Shown: in pieces, positions 43,926 through 53,136 of the stretch | Layout of the letters: each line of letters opens with the position of its first letter | Position numbering within the stretch: the stretch's first letter is position 1 | DNA from: Acidimicrobiia bacterium | Lineage (GTDB): Bacteria > Actinomycetota > Acidimicrobiia > Acidimicrobiales > JANYDT01 | Assembly: GCA_031406385.1 (NCBI GenBank) | Contig: JANOHI010000019.1 | Coordinates: 1-55,682, forward strand | Reading direction: 5' to 3' | Length of the DNA: 55,682 nucleotides | Made by a program: the position numbers and the translations under genes | Notes under the pieces: generated by a model | Told to the model about the DNA's origin: nothing | The model's database searches: none | Seen by the model: the letters and a program-made list of their open reading frames with translations, nothing else

Positions 43926-45359
43926 GTGGTGTCCGAGCCGTCGCCCTCCTCCCCGCTCGCCGATGCGCTGCGTTCCTATGGCGAGGGGGAGGTGGCCTCG
44001 TTCCACATGCCCGGGCACAAGCAGCGCCCCCCCTCGGCGCTCGCCGAATCGACACTCGGGCGGGAGATCTGGCGTCACGACGTGAGCGAGATGGGTGGAT
44101 TCGACTACCTCCACTCACCTTCGGGGGCGATCGTCGAGGCACAGACCGCCGCTGCCGCTTCGTTCGGCGCCGGACGCACCTTCTTCCTCGTCGGCGGATC
44201 GACGGTTGGAAACCTCGCCGCCTTCGTCGCCCATGTCGGCGATGATGACGATGTCGCCGTCCTCCGAGGTTCACACCGCAGCGTCTTCGCCGGGATCGTG
44301 CTGAGCGGCGCTCGCCCGCACTACCTACCGGTCGTCCATGATCGGGTCGAAGACGGCTGGTTCCTGGCCGACCCGGCGGCGTTCCACGACATTCCTGATC
44401 GCCTCGCCGTTGTGCACATCACCCGACCGAACTACTACGGGATGGCGTGCGATCTTGCGCCGTACCGGCGGCTGGCCGATCGCACCGGCGCCGTTCTCGT
44501 GGTCGACGAAGCACACGGTTCGCACTTCGGCTTCCACCCGGCATTCCCGACATCGGCGTTGGCCGAAGGCGCCGACGTCGTGATTCAATCGACACACAAG
44601 ACGCTACGCGCGCTTACTCAAGCCTCGATGCTCCACGTTCGTCACGGCTTCGATTCGACCCGACTCGAGCGCGCCCTACCGATGCTCCAGTCGTCATCGC
44701 CCTCGGCGCTCCTCACGGTCTCGCTCGACCTGGCCCGCACCGAGCTCGACCGGTCGTCCGGCGAGCTGTTCACCCGGCTGGTCTCGTTGTCAGACTCAGC
44801 CCGCACGGCGATTGCGGCGCTCGACGGATTCCGCGTGGTCGGCCTTCGTCACGACGGAGTCGCCGTCGACCCGGCCAAGCTGGTGATCGATGTGTCCGCC
44901 CACGGGTGGACGGGATTCTCTGCGTCAAGGTGGCTACGCGAACACGCTCGGGTGTGGATCGAGCTCGCCGACTTCCGTCGCATCGTGTGTTCACTTACCT
45001 TTGGCGACAACGAAGTGTCGCTCGATCAGCTCATCTCCTCTCTTCGCCGACTCCATGAAGCGCCGCCCCCGGCAATCCCGTCGGCGACGGTCCTGACGTC
45101 GCTGCCCATCCCACCCCAGAAGCTTGCGCCTCGGGTTGCGCTCAACGTTCCGTCGGAGTCCGTTTCTGTCGGCGAGGCGCAGGATCGTACGTGTGCTGAG
45201 TATGTGATCCCGTACCCGCCCGGCATTCCCCTCGTGGTGCCCGGTGAACAACTCACCGGTGAGGTTCTTCAGGCGCTCAACTCGTTCCGCTCGGCCGGGG
45301 CAACCATCGTCGGGCCACACGATCGATCCGGCGCGACCATCCAGGCCGTGGCCCGCTGA
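43926..45359 (+). CDS. Orn/Lys/Arg decarboxylase (PLP, fold I)
   Basis: FHMPGHK, VDEAHG, QSTHKT, QSSSPS, PYPPGIP. Confidence 0.9.
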   Translation: MVSEPSPSSPLADALRSYGEGEVASFHMPGHKQRPPSALAESTLGREIWRHDVSEMGGFDYLHSPSGAIVEAQTAAAASFGAGRTFFLVGGSTVGNLAAFVAHVGDDDDVAVLRGSHRSVFAGIVLSGARPHYLPVVHDRVEDGWFLADPAAFHDIPDRLAVVHITRPNYYGMACDLAPYRRLADRTGAVLVVDEAHGSHFGFHPAFPTSALAEGADVVIQSTHKTLRALTQASMLHVRHGFDSTRLERALPMLQSSSPSALLTVSLDLARTELDRSSGELFTRLVSLSDSARTAIAALDGFRVVGLRHDGVAVDPAKLVIDVSAHGWTGFSASRWLREHARVWIELADFRRIVCSLTFGDNEVSLDQLISSLRRLHEAPPPAIPSATVLTSLPIPPQKLAPRVALNVPSESVSVGEAQDRTCAEYVIPYPPGIPLVVPGEQLTGEVLQALNSFRSAGATIVGPHDRSGATIQAVAR

Positions 45360-45469
45360 GGGGCGAGCGCAGCCCGACCGAAGCGTGCTTCGAGCGCTGA
45401 CGATTCAGCGAACGAGAAGGTGGCGTGAAGGGGCCGAGCGTTCGCCGGTGGCGCCACGTCCCGATGCCG

Positions 45470-45724
45470 TTAGAGCACCCACTGCACCATCTGGACGACC
45501 CGCCACCCGAGGTAGACCGCAACGCATACGACCGCCACTTTGAAATGCCACGGGGCCTTTGGTGCCTCCCCTTCCGTCTCCCCCGGCGCCGGCATACCGA
45601 GCGACCGGGCCTCCATGCGCAGCGCCCCCCTCGTCGCCAGGACGGTCTTGCACTCCGGGCAGGCCCCGTGCTTCTCCATGGCGTTCGGTGCCCAATACTT
45701 CGCACACGTGTCACACCACGGCAT
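45470..45724 (-). CDS. Small Zn-ribbon membrane protein
   Basis: CDTC...CPEC then a C-terminal TM helix; 3 bp from the upstream gene. Confidence 0.78.
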   Translation of the reverse strand: MPWCDTCAKYWAPNAMEKHGACPECKTVLATRGALRMEARSLGMPAPGETEGEAPKAPWHFKVAVVCVAVYLGWRVVQMVQWVL

Positions 45725-45727
45725 CGT

Positions 45728-46636
45728 TCAGCCCTCCGTCAAGCGCGGACCGGCCGACGCCACCCGTGACGGCACCGAACGGCCCACGATGTCTGCGGTG
45801 AGCTGGGACGCCACGAGCAACCGGCCGAGATCGATACCGGTGGCCACCCCGAGATCGTGGCACAGGTACACGAGGTCCTCCGTCGCCAGATTTCCCGCCG
45901 CGCCGGGGGCGAACGGCGAACCACCAAGCCCGCCGACCGACGTGTCGAAGCGGCGCACGCCGAGCTGCATGGCGGCGTAGGCGTTGACGAGGGCCGTACC
46001 GCGCGTCTCGTGCAGGTGCAGGCCGACTCCCGCTCGGGCCGACGGGCTCAGCGCATCAACCACGTCGTTGACCCGCCGGGGCGTCGCCATGCCCGTCGTG
46101 TCGGCCAGGGTCACGCACATTGCTCCGGCCGCGAGCACCCGATCGGCAAGGCGGACGACGTCGACGACATCGATCTCCCCTTCGTACGGGGAACCGAACG
46201 AGCACGACACGACGACATCGATCGGCACCACGTCGGCCACGAAGGCAGCGATCGACTCGATCGAGGCAACCGCTTCGTCAACGGTCATCTTCGTGTTCTT
46301 CTCCGAATACACCGAGCTGGCCGAGATCGTGACGGACAACTCGTCCACGCCTGCCTCCAACGCCAGCTGCGCGCCACGAAGGTTGGGCACGAGAGCGGTG
46401 CGACGGATCCCTTCGCGCACGCCCACTCCTCTCACCACCTCGGCCGCCCCGGCCATCGATGGCACCGCCGTCGGTGAGACGAACGAGCACAGCTCGATGC
46501 GCGTGACACCGGCGTCGATGAGGGCGTCGATGAGACGGACGCGATCGACGACTTCGACAGGCGCCTCGGATTGCAGTCCATCGCGCGGGCCGACGTCGCG
46601 GATCAGGATTGATTCGGGCAGGCTCATGAGGGTCAT
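45728..46636 (-). CDS. Hydroxymethylglutaryl-CoA lyase
   Basis: DVGPRDGLQSE, SFVSP, LADTTG, LHLHETRG, GNLATED; the usual GCP appears as GSP. Confidence 0.88.
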   Translation of the reverse strand: MTLMSLPESILIRDVGPRDGLQSEAPVEVVDRVRLIDALIDAGVTRIELCSFVSPTAVPSMAGAAEVVRGVGVREGIRRTALVPNLRGAQLALEAGVDELSVTISASSVYSEKNTKMTVDEAVASIESIAAFVADVVPIDVVVSCSFGSPYEGEIDVVDVVRLADRVLAAGAMCVTLADTTGMATPRRVNDVVDALSPSARAGVGLHLHETRGTALVNAYAAMQLGVRRFDTSVGGLGGSPFAPGAAGNLATEDLVYLCHDLGVATGIDLGRLLVASQLTADIVGRSVPSRVASAGPRLTEG

Positions 46637-46639
46637 CGG

Positions 46640-48163
46640 TCAGACCGGCGGCACGCCATGGCGCTTCTCAACCGTGACCCTCGGCTTGTTCACGGCTCTC
46701 GACAGACGAGCCCGAAGATCGGCGCGCAGAGCTTCCGGCTCGACGATGGCATCGATGATGAGCTCCGACGCCAACCGCAAGAGATCGACGTCTTGTTCGT
46801 ACTCGGCTCGCTTGGCCTTCACGAACGCCTCGCGCTCCGTGGCGTCCTCGATCTCGGCGATCTTGTTGGCGTAGACCGCGTTCACTGCCGGCTCCGGGCC
46901 CATGACGGCGATCTTGGCCATCGGCAGGGCAATAGTCGCCTCCGGCTCGAACGCCGGACCACACATTGCGTAGAGCCCGGCACCGTAGGCCTTGCGCACG
47001 ATCACGCACACCTTGGGCACGGTGGCCTCGGAGATCGCCGTAATCATCTTCGCCCCATGGCGGATGATCCCGACGCGTTCCACCGCGGTGCCGACCATGA
47101 AGCCGGGAACATCGGAGAGGAACACCAGCGGGATGTTGAAGGCGTCGCACAACCACACGAATCGCGCCGCCTTGTCGGCAGAATCGTGAAACAACACACC
47201 GCCCTTCTGCATCGGATTGTTGGCAACGAACCCGGTCACCGCGCCACCGAGGCGCCCGAATCCGACCACCAATTCCTTGGCGAACAGCGGCTTGGCTTCC
47301 ATCCAGGACCCCTCATCAACAAGCGCGCGTATCACCTTGCGCATGTCGTAGGCCTTGCGGTCCTCGAGCGGGATCATCGAAGCGGTGAGGGGCAGGCTCG
47401 GCTCGACGTTCCCGATCGACGCCGGACGCACCCTCCAGTTGTCCGGCATGTAGCGGAACCACTGCTTGGCGATGGCGATCGCCTCGGCATCGTCGGTGGC
47501 CAGGAAGTCACCACAACCACTGGTGGTCACGTGCATCCGGGCGCCACCCATCTCCTCGAGCGTGGTGATCTCCCCCGTCACCATCTCGACCATCCGGGGC
47601 GAACCGAGGTACATCGAAGCGTTGCCTTCGACCATTACGACCACGTCACAGAACGACGGGATATAGGCGCCGCCGGCTGCTGATGGACCGAAGAGGCAGC
47701 AGATCTGCGGGACCTTTCCCGAGAGCATCACCTCGTTATAAAAGATGCGCCCGGCCCCACGTCGTCCGGGAAAGAGCTCGACCTGATCGGTGATTCGGGC
47801 GCCGGCGGAGTCGACGAGGTAAAAGATCGGCAGCTCGTTGGCAAGAGCATGCTCGGTCAGTCGGATCATCTTCTCGACCGTTCGCGCTCCCCAGGATCCG
47901 GCCTTGACCGTCGGGTCGTTGGCCAGCACACAGACGACCCGGCCGTCGATCGTGCCCGTTCCGGTGACGACGCCGTCGGCCGGGAGATCCCCCGAGGGGG
48001 CGCTGGCGTTCGCGAGCAGTCCGTCCTCGACGAACGAGCCTTCGTCGACGAGAAGCGAAATGCGCTCTCGAACGAAGAGCTTGTTCTGGCGGGCAAGTTT
48101 GGGTCCCTCTTTGGCCAGGTTGCCCTGCAGGGCACGGGCCGAAGCGGCAGCGAGATCAGTCAC
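46640..48163 (-). CDS. Acyl-CoA carboxylase carboxyltransferase subunit (methylcrotonyl-CoA type)
   Basis: ADGVVTG, VDSAGARI, SAAGGAY, DVPGFMVG, KAYGAG. Confidence 0.9.
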   Translation of the reverse strand: MTDLAAASARALQGNLAKEGPKLARQNKLFVRERISLLVDEGSFVEDGLLANASAPSGDLPADGVVTGTGTIDGRVVCVLANDPTVKAGSWGARTVEKMIRLTEHALANELPIFYLVDSAGARITDQVELFPGRRGAGRIFYNEVMLSGKVPQICCLFGPSAAGGAYIPSFCDVVVMVEGNASMYLGSPRMVEMVTGEITTLEEMGGARMHVTTSGCGDFLATDDAEAIAIAKQWFRYMPDNWRVRPASIGNVEPSLPLTASMIPLEDRKAYDMRKVIRALVDEGSWMEAKPLFAKELVVGFGRLGGAVTGFVANNPMQKGGVLFHDSADKAARFVWLCDAFNIPLVFLSDVPGFMVGTAVERVGIIRHGAKMITAISEATVPKVCVIVRKAYGAGLYAMCGPAFEPEATIALPMAKIAVMGPEPAVNAVYANKIAEIEDATEREAFVKAKRAEYEQDVDLLRLASELIIDAIVEPEALRADLRARLSRAVNKPRVTVEKRHGVPPV

Positions 48164-48178
48164 CGCTTCAGTTTCGCA

Positions 48179-48688
48179 TCAGTCCTTCTTGTTGGTTGCG
48201 TCCTTGGCATCGGCCGCCGCGGACTTGGCTTTATCGCCGATCTGTCCTGCCATGCCCGACATCTGCGCCTTGAGTTCGTCCATCTTTCCGCCGCCCTCGG
48301 TGAACTTCAGGTAGCCCGCGAAGGCCACACCGGCACCGGAGAGGACGGCAAGGAACAGCCCGAAGGCCCGCGAGATGGGACCGTCCTCGCCGATCAGCAG
48401 CTTGAGGAAGGGCAACAGGAAAGTGAACGCACCGCCGGCGAGGAACAGCGCGGGGATTTGCGGCGGCAGCTTGACCGCGCTGAACAGGCGCAAACCAGTC
48501 CACACCATCATGCCGAGGACGAGGAAGAACGGAAGGCCGGCCCACAGGAAGCCGACGTCCCACCCGTTGGCGGAGGCGGAGAACCCGAACGCCTTGACCT
48601 CGAACCACGGCAGGAACGTGGAGATGAGGAACAGCAGTCCGAAGCCTCCAAGGAACTTGTCGCCGTTAGTGAGCTTGCTGAAATCCAT
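48179..48688 (-). CDS. Membrane protein (4 TM, FLPW motif)
   Basis: Hydrophobic segments; tightly linked to the carboxyltransferase gene. Confidence 0.75.
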   Translation of the reverse strand: MDFSKLTNGDKFLGGFGLLFLISTFLPWFEVKAFGFSASANGWDVGFLWAGLPFFLVLGMMVWTGLRLFSAVKLPPQIPALFLAGGAFTFLLPFLKLLIGEDGPISRAFGLFLAVLSGAGVAFAGYLKFTEGGGKMDELKAQMSGMAGQIGDKAKSAAADAKDATNKKD

Positions 48689-48751
48689 CGTGACCGACCT
48701 CCGTCGAAGTTGTACAGGAATACGCAACTACGCGACGGTAGCCGGTGGACC

Positions 48752-48824
48752 CGCTGGGAGAGAGGTTGCCCCAATTCCTAGGGGCAAAACACCTCCCAAC
48801 GCCGTTCGGAGGTGTTCTCCCGCA
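48752..48824 (+). repeat. 73-bp double-hairpin repeat, copy A
   Basis: cgctgggagagaggttgccccaattcctaggggcaaaacacctcccaacgccgttcggaggtgttctcccgca; 61/73 identical (hand alignment) to the reverse complement of 50127-50199. Confidence 0.9.
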
Positions 48825-48857
48825 TCGGTCCCGGTGGCAGGGCTGCCCGCGCCGTCC

Positions 48858-48948
48858 CCACCACAGCATTCGCCACCACAGCATTCGCCACCACGCCGTT
48901 CCGCACCCCACCATTTCCGCACCACTCCGTTCCCTGCGTCACCATTCC
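48858..48948 (+). repeat. Degenerate 15-bp tandem repeat (about 6 units)
   Basis: ccaccacagcattcg x2 exact, then ccaccacgccgttcc, gcaccccaccatttcc, gcaccactccgttcc, ctgcgtcaccattcc. Confidence 0.75.
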
Positions 48949-49079
48949 CTGGGTTGTGCCCCTGCACCGGAGCACCGCAGGAGCGGCAAACACTGTTGAT
49001 CGCCGCGCCGATCCGCCGGATCGTCGATGCCGGTCGACTCCCAGGAGACATCCGGGAGACGAATCGACATCATGGCGTC

Positions 49080-50078
49080 ATGGAGAGCAACCAATACAAC
49101 ACCGACCGAATCTTCACTGCCCTGGCTGCCGCGCAGCACGGTGCCGTCACACGTCCGCAGTTGCTGGAGGCTGGAGTCGCCGCGCACACGGTCGACCGTC
49201 GCCTCGCGGCAGGGATCTGGCGCACGATCGCGCCAGCAATCCTCACCGCAGCGTCAGCGGAACCGACATGGCGAACGCTCGCAACGGCCGCATTGCTCGA
49301 AGCCCACTGCGACGCGGTGCTTGCCGGACGCACGGCGCTCGCCATGTTCGGGCTCGACCTCGCCATCCACCTCGATCAGCCACCGACGCTGCTCGTTCCC
49401 CACACGAAGACCCACGAAAGCGCGATTGCCGAGGTCCGCCAAGTGAAGCATTGGCCCGCCGAGGAGATCGAGACACTCCCGGCGACTTCTTACGTAGAAG
49501 GCGCGTCCCCCCTGCGAGCGACGAACCCGGCGCGATCGCTCGTCGACCTGAGTGTGTGGACGCCGCCGTCGCAGTGGGATCAGTTCGAACGGATCCTCGA
49601 CGCCGCACATCGCCTCCGGATCGCTTCATATGACGACGTCCAAGTCAGTGTGGAGCGGGCCCGACTGCTGCGACGCCGGGGCCTGCGGCCCATCAACGCT
49701 CTTCTGGCGACGCGTACCGGTCGGCAGCCCGCTATCGCGACGAGCGAACTCGAAGCCCTCGCCCATCGCAAGTTCGTTCGCTACGGCGTCGGGTCACTCG
49801 TCCAGTTCGAGGTCCCCCACCCGGCCTATCCCGGACGCAACAAGCGCGCCGACGGAGTCTGCTCATCGACACAGGCCATCTTCGAATTCGACAGCCGCCT
49901 GTGGCACCTCCGCGATTCCCAGTTCTCGGCGGACCGGGCCCGAGACGCTCGATCGGCAGCGCTCGGCTGGATCACCGTGCGCCTGACGTGGGCCGATTTC
50001 ACCCTCCACGACGCCGCCACCCGCACGCTGGTGCGCCGCGTGTGCGGGCTCGACGGAGGCTTCCGCCCGGCGGCGTGA
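49080..50078 (+). CDS. AbiEi-like wHTH + DUF559/Vsr-like endonuclease protein
   Basis: N-terminal AAAQHGAVTRPQLLEAG; C-terminal SELE, RAD, FEFDSRLWH, DRARD, GWITVRLTW. Confidence 0.82.
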   Translation: MESNQYNTDRIFTALAAAQHGAVTRPQLLEAGVAAHTVDRRLAAGIWRTIAPAILTAASAEPTWRTLATAALLEAHCDAVLAGRTALAMFGLDLAIHLDQPPTLLVPHTKTHESAIAEVRQVKHWPAEEIETLPATSYVEGASPLRATNPARSLVDLSVWTPPSQWDQFERILDAAHRLRIASYDDVQVSVERARLLRRRGLRPINALLATRTGRQPAIATSELEALAHRKFVRYGVGSLVQFEVPHPAYPGRNKRADGVCSSTQAIFEFDSRLWHLRDSQFSADRARDARSAALGWITVRLTWADFTLHDAATRTLVRRVCGLDGGFRPAA

Positions 50079-50126
50079 GGAACGGAGGCGCCGACCCGAC
50101 CGTGAGCTGGATGAGTCTTGCCGTGC

Positions 50127-50199
50127 TGCGGCAAAACACCTCCCAACGCTGCTGGGAGGTGTTTAGCCCCCATATCTTGGGGCAACCTCTCTCCCAGCG
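50127..50199 (-). repeat. 73-bp double-hairpin repeat, copy B (inverted relative to A)
   Basis: tgcggcaaaacacctcccaacgctgctgggaggtgtttagcccccatatcttggggcaacctctctcccagcg. Confidence 0.9.
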
Positions 50200-50214
50200 C
50201 GTCGGCCCGAACGC

Positions 50215-51786
50215 CTAGTTGATGCGGCGGGCGCGGCCCGCCCAGTACGGCTCCCGGAGGTCCTTCTTGAGGACCTTGCCGGTCGGGTTGCGCGGCAGGA
50301 CGTCGGTGAAATCGACCGAGGTCGGGCACTTGTAGCCGGCCAGGAGGCCCTTGGCATGGGCGATGATCTCTGCCTCCGTAGCGGTCTGGCCCGGACGGAG
50401 CACCACGACGGCCTTCACTGTCTCACCCCACTTGTCGCTCGGCACACCGATCACGGCCACCTCGGCGATCGCTGGGAACGAGGCCAATGCGTTCTCGACT
50501 TCGGCCGGGTACACGTTCTCGCCGCCCGACACAATCATGTCCTTCACCCGGTCGGTGAGGAACAGGAACCCTTCGGCATCGAGGTAGCCCGCATCCCCGG
50601 TCTTCAGCCACCCGTCAGCCGTGATCGTCTTGGCGGTTTCGTCGGGATGGTTCCAATACCCGACCATGTTTTGTGACGAGCGCGTCCACAGCTCACCGAC
50701 CTCGCCCGGAGCCTTTGTCTCACCGGTCTCCGTATCAACGATCTTCATCTCCACCCAGGGATACGGCTTGCCGGCACTGCGCAGAAGATGCTCCCTTGGT
50801 CCACCCGGGTCATGGTCCTCCGGCGACAGCTCGGTGATGGCACCCGTCGTCTCGGTCATCCCGTAGACCTGGATGTGGGGGCATTTCAGCGTGGCCATCG
50901 AGCCGAGCAGCACGTCATTGGTGATCGGCGATGCTCCGTAGACGACCGACCGCATCGACGAGAAGTCGCGGTCGGACGCGCCCGGCGTCATCGCCATGAA
51001 CGCAAGAAGCGCCGGGACGTAGAACGCGTTTGTGGCCCGCTCCTTCTCCATCAATTCGAGCAGCACGTTCGGCATCGGGTCACGTACGAGCAGGGTCGTG
51101 GCGCCGATATACATACCGGCCACCGCCCAGCCCGATCCCCCGATGTGGAAGAGCGGCATGGTGGCAATGTTCTTCGACGTCTCGTCCATGCCCCACGGAC
51201 CGAGCACGTTGGCCACGAGTTGGAACAGGTTGTTGTTCGACGTCATGACGCCCTTGGGAAGACCAGTCGTCCCCGACGTGTAGAGCTGAAACGCAACGTC
51301 TCCCGGCAGTGTTCCGGCCTTTGGATCTTCGGCGGGGTGACCGGCGAGCCAGGCGTCGTAGCTCACCCAACGGTCGTGCGTACCGAGGGCGACGATGGTC
51401 TTCACCGACGTGAAATCCCCCTCGATCGACTCGATGGTTGCAAAGAAATCTGCACCGACGAAGAGCACCTTGGACTGCGAGTCGTTCACGGTATAGAGGA
51501 TCTCGGCGGGGGCGAGTCGCCAGTTGACGGAAACGTCGACGATGTTGGCCTTGGAGCACCCGAAGAGAACCTCGAAGTACTCGACGGAGTTCTTCTCGAG
51601 GAACGCCACGCGCTCCTGCCCGGCCACGCCCTCCGCCTTAAGCGCCTGCGCCACCTGGCTGGACCGACCATCCATCTCAGACCATGTCACGACCCGCTCG
51701 CCGAACTTGATCATGGTGTCGTTGGGCTTCTCGCCGGCGTAGAAGCGGATGATGTCGGCTGTGCAGCTGAATGAGGACGGATCCAT
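50215..51786 (-). CDS. fadD: Long-chain fatty acid-CoA ligase
   Basis: LYTSGTTGLPKG, PLFHIGG, YGMTE, WLKTGD, SGGENVYPAEVE, PRNPTGK. Confidence 0.93.
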   Translation of the reverse strand: MDPSSFSCTADIIRFYAGEKPNDTMIKFGERVVTWSEMDGRSSQVAQALKAEGVAGQERVAFLEKNSVEYFEVLFGCSKANIVDVSVNWRLAPAEILYTVNDSQSKVLFVGADFFATIESIEGDFTSVKTIVALGTHDRWVSYDAWLAGHPAEDPKAGTLPGDVAFQLYTSGTTGLPKGVMTSNNNLFQLVANVLGPWGMDETSKNIATMPLFHIGGSGWAVAGMYIGATTLLVRDPMPNVLLELMEKERATNAFYVPALLAFMAMTPGASDRDFSSMRSVVYGASPITNDVLLGSMATLKCPHIQVYGMTETTGAITELSPEDHDPGGPREHLLRSAGKPYPWVEMKIVDTETGETKAPGEVGELWTRSSQNMVGYWNHPDETAKTITADGWLKTGDAGYLDAEGFLFLTDRVKDMIVSGGENVYPAEVENALASFPAIAEVAVIGVPSDKWGETVKAVVVLRPGQTATEAEIIAHAKGLLAGYKCPTSVDFTDVLPRNPTGKVLKKDLREPYWAGRARRIN

Positions 51787-51929
51787 TCGAGACTCCTGTC
51801 GAAGCGGTGCACCAAATTCTATGAGGTCTCGTCTCGTGCAGGAACACGAAAGCCAGAATTCTCTTTCCGATGTTCCGATGGAGCGCCAAAGAGTCGCACT
51901 GGACACCCGGGAGCGTGTGAACTGGGGGG

Positions 51930-52460
51930 ATGGTTCGCACCCCCAAAGACGGTCACGTCTTCGTCACGATCGAAATCCCCCGAGGCTCACGCAACAAGTT
52001 CGAGATCGACCACGAGACCGGCCACATCTTCCTGGACCGCCGACTGTTCTCGGCGACCGTCTATCCGGCGGACTACGGCTTCATTCCCGATACCCTCGGC
52101 GAGGACGGTGACGCCCTCGACGCGCTCGTCCTGCTGGAGGACCCGACGTACCCGGGCGTGTGGGTCGAGGCCCGACCAGTCGGCGTGATGTGGATGCAGG
52201 ACGAAGCCGGACCCGACGCCAAGATCATCTGCGTCCCACCCCGGGAACCGCGTTGGCGCGGCGTCGAGGACCTTCGTGACCTGCCTGAAGAGCTGCTTGA
52301 GGAGATCAAGCATTTCTTCGACGTCTACAAGATGCTGGAGCCCGACAAAAAGTCGTCGACGGCCGGATTCGAGGGCGCTCGTGCCGCTTGGCGCGAAATC
52401 ACCGCCGCACGCGAGCGGGTGCACGACCCCAACGCCAAGCGCAACTGGGTCATCGAGTAA
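51930..52460 (+). CDS. ppa: Inorganic pyrophosphatase (family I)
   Basis: IEIPRGSRNKFE, LDR, YGFIPDT, DGDALD, YKMLE. Confidence 0.95.
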   Translation: MVRTPKDGHVFVTIEIPRGSRNKFEIDHETGHIFLDRRLFSATVYPADYGFIPDTLGEDGDALDALVLLEDPTYPGVWVEARPVGVMWMQDEAGPDAKIICVPPREPRWRGVEDLRDLPEELLEEIKHFFDVYKMLEPDKKSSTAGFEGARAAWREITAARERVHDPNAKRNWVIE

Positions 52461-52559
52461 GAGGAGGCCCCGGCCAAGAGGTCCCCACTGCGGGAGTTCG
52501 CCTCGGGTACCTCCGTTTCCTCGTTTCCGCCCGCTTGCTGTGACCGCCGTTCCGGGGCC

Positions 52560-52632
52560 TGCAGCAAAGCACCTCCCAACGACGTGCGGAGGTGTTTTGC
52601 CCCCATCTATGGGGGCAACCTCTCTCCCAACG
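52560..52632 (-). repeat. 73-bp double-hairpin repeat, solo copy C (same orientation as B)
   Basis: tgcagcaaagcacctcccaacgacgtgcggaggtgttttgcccccatctatgggggcaacctctctcccaacg; 61/73 identical to copy B. Confidence 0.9.
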
Positions 52633-52656
52633 CACCAAAGCTGCCGACAACGAGGT

Positions 52657-53136
52657 ATGGCTCTTTCTGAGGTCGCCTCTGCGGGGACGGACATCACCGA
52701 TTTGTTGACCGTGCGCGGACCGTCGCCGGTCACGGTGGCACCCGACGCCGACGAGGGCCTCGTCGACGCCCCGCTTGCGCCCGGGTGGGTGATCGAGGGG
52801 GACCCCCGTCCACGCATGCGCATCACGGCCACGGCACCGGGCGGCGCGATCAGCAGCGGCGTGTGGTGTTGCCAGCCCAGCCGCTTCACGTTTGTCTACG
52901 ACGTTGACGAGTACGTCCACATCATCTCCGGACGAGTCACCGTGATCGCCGGCTCCCATATCCATGAGCTGTCCGCTGGCAGCACCGCCATGTTCCCCCG
53001 TGGACTGCGCACAGAGTGGACCGTCCACGAACCGATTCACAAGGTGTTCGTCCTCGCCAACCCCCCAAGATGGGTGCGAATGGTGCGCCGAGTTCGGTCC
53101 CGCCTCGACTCGAAACTGCGATCGGCCAGCGCCTAG
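52657..53136 (+). CDS. Cupin (DUF861/EutQ-like) protein
   Basis: SGVWCCQP, DEYVHIISGRV, FPRG...W; gaggt RBS before ATG 52657. Confidence 0.8.
   Translation: MALSEVASAGTDITDLLTVRGPSPVTVAPDADEGLVDAPLAPGWVIEGDPRPRMRITATAPGGAISSGVWCCQPSRFTFVYDVDEYVHIISGRVTVIAGSHIHELSAGSTAMFPRGLRTEWTVHEPIHKVFVLANPPRWVRMVRRVRSRLDSKLRSASA

Noticed and set aside
48375-49079. N-terminal extension of the 567-aa track ORF
   Set aside because: It overlaps an opposite-strand gene and the repeats; the domain begins at ATG 49080.
49080-50078. Type IV toxin-antitoxin module
   Set aside because: No adjacent AbiEii nucleotidyltransferase gene.
48752-52632. Repeats as a CRISPR array or IS terminal inverted repeats
   Set aside because: No regular repeat-spacer array, no cas or transposase gene, no target-site duplication.
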